Below, one piece after another: positions 17,694 to 24,000 of a DNA stretch of 24,000 nucleotides (position 1 is the first letter of the stretch; every line of letters begins with the position of its first letter). The stretch comes from Candidatus Bathyarchaeota archaeon (lineage in GTDB: Archaea > Thermoproteota > Bathyarchaeia > Bathyarchaeales > DTEX01): contig JAGTQL010000009.1 of the NCBI GenBank assembly GCA_018396555.1, positions 1,217-25,216 of the forward strand, written 5' to 3'. A program made the translations under genes and the position numbers. The notes beneath the pieces are model-generated. The model worked only from the letters and a program-made list of their open reading frames with translations, was not told where the DNA came from and searched no databases.

Positions 17694-19523
17694 TTGCTTC
17701 TTTTAGAATTTAAAGATCTAGAGAAGAGTAGGAGGAAAAATAGTATCAGAATAGCTGTCGTCGACTTAGATAAGTGTAAACCCGCCCGATGTGATAGGGC
17801 ATGCTATCGATTTTGCCCTCAGGTTAGAAGTAAGGTTGAAGCAATAAGATTTGAAAACAATAAGCCGATAATATCAGAAATACTTTGCACTGGCTGCGGC
17901 ATATGTGTTAAAAAATGCCCATTCAAGGCGATATCAATCGTTAATTTGCCTGAAGAATTAAGGGGCGAGTGCGTGCACAGATTTGGTCCAAACACGTTTA
18001 AATTGTTCCGCCTACCAATCCCATCTCCCGGAATGGTACTTGGGCTAATTGGACAGAACGGTATTGGTAAGTCAACAGTCCTAAAGATTTTCTCTGGCGA
18101 GATCAAGCCTAACCTTGAAAGATATAGTGATCCTCCAGAATGGTCTGACATAATACAGTTCTTCAGAGGTTCAACTCTTCAAACTTACTTCCAAAAATTA
18201 AGCAACGGCAGACTTAAGATTGTTCATAAACCACAGTATGTAGATAAAATCCCACATGTTGTTAGGGGAAATGTAGGCGAGGTGCTGGAACGTATCGATG
18301 AAAGGGGCAGGTTAGATGAGATCTCTGAAAAGCTTCAACTTAAGGTTGTCTGGGATAGGCCTCTAGATGTTCTAAGCGGCGGTGAGCTTCAGAGGGTCGC
18401 TATAGCAGCGGCTGTCTGCCGTGAAGCGGATGCGTATCTTTTTGATGAACCCTCAAGCTACTTGGATGTCAAGCAGAGGCTGGAAGTAGCTAAGGTTGTA
18501 AGAAGCTTGAAAGAGGCTGAAAAGATGATCCTAGTAGCGGAACATGATTTGGCAGTGCTAGACTACCTTTCAGATCAGATCTGCATATTCTATGGTAAAC
18601 CAGGCGTATACGGGACAGTCTCTCATGTTCACAGTGTTAGAACGGGAATTAACATTTACCTTAACGGGTTCATACCGGATGAAAATATGCGCTTCAGAAA
18701 GGAGCCGATAATGTTTCACATAAAACCGCCAACGACAGCCCCGCTCGCCAGCGCACCAATGCTTAAGTGGAGCGAAATGATGAAAACTTACGGTGACTTC
18801 ACCCTAAAAATTGAACCTGGTGAAGCCGGGGCCGGAGAGGTAATAGGCATACTTGGCCCAAACGGCATTGGAAAGACAACGTTCATAAAGATTTTAGCCG
18901 GAATTGAAAAGCCTACTTCTGGGCAACCACCCGTCGAGAACATTTTAAGGGTTAGCCATAAACCACAATATATATCAACCGACTATGATGGAACAGTCGA
19001 AGATCTTCTAAAGATGGCTGCAAAGGAGCAATTCGCATCCAGCTGGTACCAAAGCGAAATAATTCAGCCGCTCAATCTAAGCCCACTGCTTGATAGAAGC
19101 CTCAAAGAACTCAGCGGCGGTGAGCTTCAGAAGGTTGCTATAGCGGCATGTCTCTCGCGTGAGGCAGACCTATATCTTCTCGATGAACCAAGCGCATACT
19201 TGGATGTCGAGGAAAGGTTGTTGATGGCTAGAACAATCCGAAGAATCATTGAGGATAAAAATGCAACAGCCTTCGTTGTTGAGCACGATATTGTTGCTCA
19301 AGACTTCATAGCGGATAGATTAATAATATTTACTGGCGAACCAGGCATTCATGGGACAGCGAAAACTCCGATAAGCCTCCTTAACGGAATGAACATGTTC
19401 CTGAAAGAGATGAACATAACTTTTAGAAGGGATCCGGAAACAAAGAGGCCGCGTGTTAACAAAGAAGGCTCAAAATTAGATGAGCATCAGAAAAGAATGG
19501 GACAGTATTACTACATTAAATAA
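17694..19523 (+). CDS. ABCE1: ABCE1 / RNase L inhibitor homologue (ribosome recycling ATPase with N-terminal 4Fe-4S domain)
   Basis: Two ferredoxin-like Cys clusters (CKPARCDRACYRFCP, CTGCGICVKKCP), two Walker A motifs (GQNGIGKST, GPNGIGKTT), two LSGGELQ signatures, and Walker B LFDEPSSYLD and LLDEPSAYLD. The only canonical in-frame start is TTG 17694. Homologues align from codon 18 (ATC 17745). Confidence 0.93.
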   Translation: MLLLEFKDLEKSRRKNSIRIAVVDLDKCKPARCDRACYRFCPQVRSKVEAIRFENNKPIISEILCTGCGICVKKCPFKAISIVNLPEELRGECVHRFGPNTFKLFRLPIPSPGMVLGLIGQNGIGKSTVLKIFSGEIKPNLERYSDPPEWSDIIQFFRGSTLQTYFQKLSNGRLKIVHKPQYVDKIPHVVRGNVGEVLERIDERGRLDEISEKLQLKVVWDRPLDVLSGGELQRVAIAAAVCREADAYLFDEPSSYLDVKQRLEVAKVVRSLKEAEKMILVAEHDLAVLDYLSDQICIFYGKPGVYGTVSHVHSVRTGINIYLNGFIPDENMRFRKEPIMFHIKPPTTAPLASAPMLKWSEMMKTYGDFTLKIEPGEAGAGEVIGILGPNGIGKTTFIKILAGIEKPTSGQPPVENILRVSHKPQYISTDYDGTVEDLLKMAAKEQFASSWYQSEIIQPLNLSPLLDRSLKELSGGELQKVAIAACLSREADLYLLDEPSAYLDVEERLLMARTIRRIIEDKNATAFVVEHDIVAQDFIADRLIIFTGEPGIHGTAKTPISLLNGMNMFLKEMNITFRRDPETKRPRVNKEGSKLDEHQKRMGQYYYIK

Positions 19524-19545
19524 TTAATCTAACATGAACATGCAA

Positions 19546-19568
19546 TTTTTAAGCAGAACCTATTTTTC
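19546..19568 (+). terminator. Two T5 runs downstream of ABCE1
   Basis: CAATTTTTAAG (19546-19550) and CTATTTTTCTA (19564-19568) lie within 45 nt of the stop at 19523. Confidence 0.3.
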
Positions 19569-19818
19569 TAGCCATGAATGATTCAATGAGCTCGCTTTGA
19601 AAGATTTCTCTGGAGAAATCTCTTCAATCTTCCTTTAATCCTTAAAAAGGCTAGAATCATAGTTCTTCAAAAGCAACTAATATTAGAGATCGAATTATGC
19701 CTAGAAATGCCTTATTAAATCTTTAAGTCTTTAAGTAATGGAAGGCGGCTCATTGAAGCGAAAAGCGAATGCGATGCGCATCTTTAAACATGTTGATGGT
19801 TCAATAAGTTGAAATAAT

Positions 19819-20358
19819 TTATTCCTCCGTTTCTGTCACATATATTTTCAACCCATGAGACCTTAAGAACCTAACTATATTCGGCTTTTTAAGGGCCCTA
19901 AGTAGGCTATAGCCCAGCACTGCGACGGCGAAGAGGCTGCTTATTGCTAGAACTGTTATGCTTAGGAGCCATGGAGGCAATACTGCGCTCTCAACTGGAA
20001 ATAGAAGCCAAACATAGCTTCCAACAATTAAACCAATGGATAATGCGCCGAGAACGCAGCCAATCAAGGGTTTATTCCTCATTTTAAAGATTAATGCTGA
20101 AGCAATCATATTGGCAACCGGGCCAAAAATTATGTCAATAAACCCGTAAGGTACTGAAGCTGAAAGGTAAATGTTACTTAGAACACAACCAACTGAGACT
20201 CCGATGATCACCGAGGGGCCAAAGAGCGCAGACAATGGTATTAATGCATCTGCAAAACGTATTTGAATCGACGCTGCGGCGCTTATCCCCTGAACTATCA
20301 CTAGCGTAGAGTATAGGGTTATAAAAAGCGCCGTTAAAGCCAAATATTTGCTCTCCAT
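19819..20358 (-). CDS. queT: QueT-family membrane protein (queuosine/archaeosine precursor transporter-like)
   Basis: 179 aa with about 5 TM segments. The segments ASIQIRFADALIPL and GCVLSNIY...GFIDIIFGPVAN resemble the QueT pattern as I recall it (aiQfRlsE.L..l ; GC.isNl...g.iDv.vG). A GGGGAT SD sits 6 nt upstream of the ATG. Confidence 0.55.
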   Translation of the reverse strand: MESKYLALTALFITLYSTLVIVQGISAAASIQIRFADALIPLSALFGPSVIIGVSVGCVLSNIYLSASVPYGFIDIIFGPVANMIASALIFKMRNKPLIGCVLGALSIGLIVGSYVWLLFPVESAVLPPWLLSITVLAISSLFAVAVLGYSLLRALKKPNIVRFLRSHGLKIYVTETEE

Positions 20359-20538
20359 GATTTCATCCCCTTATCTTGAAGCCTATTAAGCGCAGCGGAT
20401 TAGGGACACCTAACAGTAAGCCTCTTAAGAAAAGCTTACTCTACGCTAAGCATTAATAAAGCCTTCGGTCTTTTTAGTGGAGAAAGGCAAAAGTTATTTA
20501 TTAGCCATCCTCTCTTCTTATAAGATGGTGAATTCTTT

Positions 20539-20781
20539 ATGGTTGCGGCTGAGGAAAGAAAAGAAGTGTCTTACCGCTCCCACAAGGTTGTTATAAGAGG
20601 AATTGTTGAAGGATATGACGTGGCCTCGCTGGAAGACCTGAAAAAACTTGAAAATCAGATTGAAAGTCTGCAGAGTGAAATAAATGCCCTTAAAAATCAA
20701 ATAGGTGAATTACAAAAAGCGTTGAATGCCACAAACATGAGGCAAGAGCGATTGGAAAACTTCCTAAGATCATTCAAGTAG
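20539..20781 (+). CDS. Small coiled-coil protein (hypothetical)
   Basis: 80 aa. Residues about 30-78 form a heptad-like stretch LEDLKKLENQIESLQSEINALKNQIGELQKALNATNMRQERLENFL. A GGTGA SD-like motif (20527-20531) sits 7 nt upstream of the ATG. The overlapping minus-strand ORF 20518..20700 is less plausible. Confidence 0.5.
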   Translation: MVAAEERKEVSYRSHKVVIRGIVEGYDVASLEDLKKLENQIESLQSEINALKNQIGELQKALNATNMRQERLENFLRSFK

Positions 20782-20897
20782 ATCCATAACCAGAGCATCT
20801 AGCGTGGTCTAATCCATTAACTACACTTTTTCGATCGCTAAATTTAATTGGTTCAGGCGCTATAATTCGCTGAAAGCTAATGAAGGCTGAAAGGACT

Positions 20898-20902
20898 GGA
20901 GG
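20898..20902 (+). promoter_or_regulatory. GGAGG Shine-Dalgarno 8 nt upstream of GTG 20911
   Basis: The exact GGAGG core at optimal spacing supports the GTG start of the repeat protein. Confidence 0.45.
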
Positions 20903-20910
20903 ACGGATTA

Positions 20911-21966
20911 GTGAGTTTAAGAATTAATAAAATGATTTTCGCTACGATCCTAGTTGCAGCATTTATTATTGGAGCATTTTCATCATATTTATGGGTCGCA
21001 GGCTATTATGCGTCATTAGAGCTTAACCTACCTGAAAAACCAGTCATATCAGTACACAGTTTTCTAACCTCAGCTGGGGACTCATCGTTCTTCAATATCA
21101 CAATACTTAACCCTTCACTCTCACCTGAAGAGATAAAAATCTTAGGAATTTATGTTTTAACCGAAGATGGCATTAGCCATAAAATTACCTTAACTAACCC
21201 AAGCATACCGGGTAGCGGTTACGCAATAAAAGTTGGGGAATCAAAAGTTTTCACATGTTTCTGGAACTGGATAAATTATACTGGGCAGAGAATAAGCATC
21301 GCTGTTTTAGCTGAAAACGGTTCCGGAGGGACATTATCAGCCATTCTTCCTTTAATAGAGGCCAGAGTCACTGATTTCCTTCTAGATCCGGAACGTGGAA
21401 GCATGTTTAACATAACAGTTATGAACTCTGAGAACTCGGTTGCCAAAATTAAGCTTACCAGCTTAAGCGTCATAGCTGATAGCTCGGTTTATAGTGTAGC
21501 TACCCAACCCCAGCTACCATTGGTGCTGGAGCCGAACGGGTCGATTAGCCTTACATGCTTATGGAACTGGACTGAGTATCAAGGTAAAACTATAACAATA
21601 GCTGTGATCACGGAGCAAAAATACGCTGCAGAAATAACTGAGTTCATACCTCAATATGTAGTTTTTAATATTGAAGAAATTAAATTCAGCCTAGACGATC
21701 CGTCTCACTTCAACCTGACGGTGTTAAACTCAGAATACTCAGTGATACCGTTAAATATGACGAAAATTAGCATCAGGCTTGAGAATGGCACCCTAGTATC
21801 GCCTTTAAGCGTTGATCCATCTATCCCTCATATGCTGGATAGAAATTCAACAATAACATTTATGTGCAGATGGGACTGGTCAGCATATCGAGACAAAGAG
21901 TTAACGGTTACTGTATACACTGAGCAAGGGTATAAAACTGAGACTACCTATAAAACTCCAGCATAA
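20911..21966 (+). CDS. Membrane-anchored extracellular protein with three tandem ~100-aa repeats (putative surface glycoprotein)
   Basis: N-terminal TM anchor (MIFATILVAAFIIGAFSSYLWVAG) followed by three homologous modules. Each carries FN[IL]T[IV][LM]N[PS], P.[IL]P and [FLM]C.W[ND]W..Y.[GD][QK]..[ST][IV][AT]V.[AT]E[NQ]. There are 10 N-x-S/T sequons. Confidence 0.7.
   Translation: MSLRINKMIFATILVAAFIIGAFSSYLWVAGYYASLELNLPEKPVISVHSFLTSAGDSSFFNITILNPSLSPEEIKILGIYVLTEDGISHKITLTNPSIPGSGYAIKVGESKVFTCFWNWINYTGQRISIAVLAENGSGGTLSAILPLIEARVTDFLLDPERGSMFNITVMNSENSVAKIKLTSLSVIADSSVYSVATQPQLPLVLEPNGSISLTCLWNWTEYQGKTITIAVITEQKYAAEITEFIPQYVVFNIEEIKFSLDDPSHFNLTVLNSEYSVIPLNMTKISIRLENGTLVSPLSVDPSIPHMLDRNSTITFMCRWDWSAYRDKELTVTVYTEQGYKTETTYKTPA
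21040..21963 (+). repeat. Three tandem domain repeats at protein level (about 21040-21351, 21352-21651, 21652-21963)
   Basis: The FNIT/FNIT/FNLT motifs sit at aa 61, 166 and 267, and CFWNW/CLWNW/CRWDW at aa 116, 216 and 319, giving a period of 100-105 aa. By eye the repeats are only roughly 25-30% identical, with no obvious DNA-level identity, so the triplication is old. Confidence 0.7.
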
Positions 21967-21989
21967 AATTCATCCAGCAAAAGAATCGA

Positions 21990-22748
21990 TTAGGTTTTAA
22001 CTTTTCTTTTTAGGGAGTCCTCAAGTTTTATCAGAGATTCCGTAGGATCTTCGCTAGCGGTGATATATGAGCCAACAACAGCCGCTCTTGCACCGGCTTC
22101 CCAAACCCTGATAATTGTTTCTGGATCTATACCACCGTCAACTTTTATAAGTTTATTGGGAAACCTCTGGGAAAATCTTTTTATTCTTTCTGTTGCTTCT
22201 TCACAGTATTTTTGTTTCCCTGCACCCATAGGCACAGTCATCAATAAAACTATATCCGCGGTCTTAACGATCTTGTCAGTTAATCTCTCTTCCGCCGTTG
22301 GAAGATTTAGGCATATTCCAACCCTGTAGCCGAGCTTCTTTAAGGTTTTAAGGGCTTCTATGGCATCGTGTTCAGAGCTGAAAGATTCTACTTGCACTAT
22401 AATTGCCGTTTTAAATCTGTCTTTTTTATGAATAAACGAGTTTATCTCCTTCATTACTTCAAGCGGGTTTCCAACCATTAAATGTATGGTTAAGGCAATT
22501 TTATCATGTAATTCTTCATATAGTTTCCTTATGAGATCTATTGAAAATTTATTTCTGGAAACAAGAGGCGGCCTCATGACGTCTATGTGAATATCATTTA
22601 TCCTTCCAGACTGCGCAAGTTTAATTATGTTTAGGAAAGCCTCGGATTTCTCTAAGTTCTTCAAGCTTCTGGAAAGATCTTGCTCGTATTCAAGTATTGA
22701 TAGCGAGATGAACATTTTCCACTTCATAATATTTTTGGAGATTAACAT
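21990..22748 (-). CDS. Ribulose-phosphate 3-epimerase family (beta/alpha)8 barrel protein, divergent
   Basis: Collinear with RPE: SLSILEYE (PSILSAD), HIDVM (HxDvMD), LTIHLMV (HLMV), DIVLLMTVPMGAGKQ (LLMSVxPGFGGQ), KVDGGI (vDGG) and VVGSYI (vaGSaif). The His/Asp metal-catalytic positions appear conserved. The true start is probably M8 (22727) or M12 (22715), because a TATA-like AAAATATAAA overlaps the ORF-track ATG. Confidence 0.7.
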   Translation of the reverse strand: MLISKNIMKWKMFISLSILEYEQDLSRSLKNLEKSEAFLNIIKLAQSGRINDIHIDVMRPPLVSRNKFSIDLIRKLYEELHDKIALTIHLMVGNPLEVMKEINSFIHKKDRFKTAIIVQVESFSSEHDAIEALKTLKKLGYRVGICLNLPTAEERLTDKIVKTADIVLLMTVPMGAGKQKYCEEATERIKRFSQRFPNKLIKVDGGIDPETIIRVWEAGARAAVVGSYITASEDPTESLIKLEDSLKRKVKT

Positions 22749-22759
22749 TTTATATTTTG

Positions 22760-22771
22760 TGAACTCATCTC
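22760..22771. repeat. Left terminal inverted repeat of the IS (TGAACTCATCTC)
   Basis: Exact reverse complement of 23525-23536. Confidence 0.75.
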
Positions 22772-22806
22772 AAAACTATTTAAGTCTTTCTTGATTATGT
22801 TTTGGT

Positions 22807-23525
22807 ATGGAGTTTATTAGATCTTTGCTTCCCCCTAAGGCTGGGGTTGGTAGGCCCTGGGGCTGATGATAGGGGATAATAAACGGCATTCTATGTGTGT
22901 TGACTACTGGATGCTGATGGATGGATATGCCTATCCGCTACGGCTCCTATAAGACTGCTTGGAGGAGGCTTAAGCGATGGCAGGGAGAAGGCGTATGGGA
23001 TAGAGTATTCAGGGCTTTATCATCTATGGGGGAGCATGGTAGGGTATGCGTTGATAGCTCAACAGTGGAGGCTAAAAAGGGGGAGAAATGATAGGATACG
23101 ACGGCTTCAAGCATAGAAAAGGCTCGAAGATACATGTATGCGTGGATGAACACTCCATGCCTCTAAGCATAGCCTTAGGTGCTGGAAATGAGCATGACTC
23201 GAAGCGGATAGATGAGTTATTGGAGGGATTAAAGGAGGCTCCGAAAGAGCTTTACGCCGACTCAGCATATGATACCGAAGCCATAAGATATAGGCTATCG
23301 TCGATGAATGTGGAGGCAAACATACCCGTGAACCCTAGAAATGGGAGGAAGCCTAAACCATACAATGCTGAGCTCTACAAGAGGATGAGGTCGGCCGTCA
23401 AGAGGTTCTACGGATGGCTCAAAAGCTTCAGAAGAATAACCGCAAGGTATGAGAGAATGGCAGCAATATACAAAGCATTCATAACCATAGCATGCATAAC
23501 AATACACCTAAGATATGGAATTTAG
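22807..23525 (+). pseudogene. IS5-family DDE transposase, orfA/orfB, degenerate
   Basis: orfA (frame of 22807) is broken by TGA-TGA-TAG at 22864-22872, where family members read GRPR.DDR..LNGIL, and by TGA at 22915-22917, where family members have Q/R in GC[QR]W. orfB (23088..23525, 145 aa) is in the -1 frame. The DDE glutamate position (family consensus VER) reads VKR (AAG at 23400-23402). Confidence 0.7.
23074..23079 (+). other. A5G slippery site (candidate -1 programmed ribosomal frameshift joining orfA to orfB)
   Basis: The 0 frame reads GCT AAA AAG GGG GAG AAA TGA. A -1 slip on AAA AAG gives ..EAKKGGEMIGYDGFKHRKG.., which is collinear with single-chain IS5 transposases. Confidence 0.5.
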
Positions 23526-23536
23526 AGATGAGTTCA
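23525..23536. repeat. Right terminal inverted repeat of the IS (GAGATGAGTTCA)
   Basis: Exact reverse complement of 22760-22771. It overlaps the orfB stop codon by 1 nt. Confidence 0.75.
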
Positions 23537-23605
23537 ATAATAAAACCCTAATTTTAATCAGTATTTTTCAAGCTATTTTAGACCACCCTTCTCCCCATAT
23601 GTCCA

Positions 23606-23989
23606 TTACGGGCTTCCCAGATGTTTTATTTTCATGATCTTCCTGATTTCTTCAATGATTCTCTCGTCGCCGCCTAATAGTATGCCGTGCTTAGCTATTT
23701 CTTCAATTGTCCTCGCTCTCTTCTCAATCATTATGCGGATTTCTTTAATGGCGTAAACCCTCAGATCAATATCTATTGACATCTTAGGCTCCATGTATCT
23801 TACGGTTCTGTCCATCGGTCTTTCATCGGTTTTCTCAATTATTATAGTTATGTCCGCATCGGAGAACGCTGTGTAATCCCCCCTGGCTAGGGAACCTACA
23901 AGTATTACCGCTAAAGCGCCTTTCTCAACTGCCCCTTCGGCATAATCCCTAAGCTCCCTCATTACCGCCTCGTAATTAAGCTTGAACAA
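23606..23989 (-). CDS. Minimal nucleotidyltransferase (MNT/Pol-beta superfamily, HEPN-MNT antitoxin-like)
   Basis: The motif LVGSLARGDY..FSDADITII matches GSxxRG[DE]-x(n)-D[IVL]D. The ORF-track start is TTG at 23989, the frame stays open to the window edge, and an internal ATG lies at 23962, so the 5' end is uncertain or partial. Confidence 0.75.
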   Translation of the reverse strand: MFKLNYEAVMRELRDYAEGAVEKGALAVILVGSLARGDYTAFSDADITIIIEKTDERPMDRTVRYMEPKMSIDIDLRVYAIKEIRIMIEKRARTIEEIAKHGILLGGDERIIEEIRKIMKIKHLGSP

Positions 23990-24000
23990 TTTTATTTCTC

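Larger units (their letters stand above)
22760..23536 (+). mobile_element. Decayed IS5-family insertion sequence (two-ORF group resembling IS427/IS1031), about 777 bp
   Basis: Bounded by perfect 12-bp terminal inverted repeats TGAACTCATCTC and GAGATGAGTTCA. It encodes IS5-type transposase segments: LLPPKAGVGRPW, GILCVLTTGC*W, YKTAWRRLKRWQGEGVW, CVDSSTVEAKKGGE, then GYDGFKHRKGSKIH..LYADSAYD..ITARYER. I found no target-site duplication. Confidence 0.75.

Noticed and set aside
19602-19621. Inverted repeat AGATTTCTC-TG-GAGAAATCT in the 295-bp convergent intergenic region between ABCE1 and the QueT-like gene, plus a 23-aa ORF at 19739-19810.
   Set aside because: A 2-nt loop makes a stable RNA hairpin unlikely, although it could be a protein-binding palindrome. 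There is no supporting context. The mini-ORF has no SD and no recognisable motif.
20359-20480. A possible structured leader or riboswitch upstream of the QueT-like gene, since bacterial queT genes are often preQ1-riboswitch controlled. It includes a 7-bp hairpin AGTAAGC-N12-GCTTACT at 20415-20440.
   Set aside because: Reading the minus-strand RNA, I could not find the short P1 hairpin plus A-rich pseudoknot tail of preQ1-I/II aptamers. Only one modest hairpin is present. The same 180-bp region must also hold the divergent promoter of the coiled-coil gene.
20518-20700. A 60-aa minus-strand ORF overlapping the coiled-coil gene.
   Set aside because: The plus-strand ORF has an ATG with a GGTGA SD at 7-nt spacing and a clean heptad pattern. 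The minus-strand frame is Phe/Asn-rich, low-complexity and starts without any signal.
1-24000. A scan for CRISPR arrays, rRNA, tRNA, RNase P or SRP RNA, and GC-rich islands in intergenic DNA.
   Set aside because: I saw no regularly spaced repeats. All intergenic regions are under 350 bp and A/T-rich, with no GC-rich block of about 70 nt or more that would suggest a structured RNA in a thermophile.

Overview
This window looks like a chromosomal segment from a thermophilic archaeon. Supporting this are reverse gyrase, a short helicase-less XPF/ERCC4 nuclease of the crenarchaeal/TACK type, RtcB, ABCE1, A/T-rich TATA-like boxes about 25 nt upstream of several start codons, and GGGGAT/GGAGG/GGTGA Shine-Dalgarno-like motifs. 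I could not name the organism from the sequence alone. About 24 genes are supported. They include a VapBC toxin-antitoxin pair, a NagA plus BadF-type sugar kinase pair, an enolase-superfamily sugar-acid dehydratase and a cation/H+ antiporter. There is also a processive-type GT2 glycosyltransferase, an MFS transporter, a QueT-like transporter, an RPE-family barrel protein, a decayed IS5-family insertion sequence and a minimal nucleotidyltransferase at the right edge. I found no rRNA, tRNA or CRISPR array. Most of the window is ordinary housekeeping DNA, and I do not see a convincing multi-gene novel system. The most unusual items are: (1) a membrane-anchored protein of three tandem ~100-aa repeats with a C-x-W-[ND]-W motif and 10 N-glycosylation sequons, preceded by a small coiled-coil gene; (2) a 150-aa ORF that reads like the N- and C-terminal beta-sandwich domains of a glycosidase with the catalytic barrel missing; (3) ABCE1 with ATC where the canonical Met codon aligns; (4) a fossil IS with an A5G -1 frameshift site, an in-frame TGA and a DDE E-to-K change; (5) several frame-disrupted genes, which could be either real decay or assembly indels. 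All family assignments come from reading motifs by eye. No database search was run.
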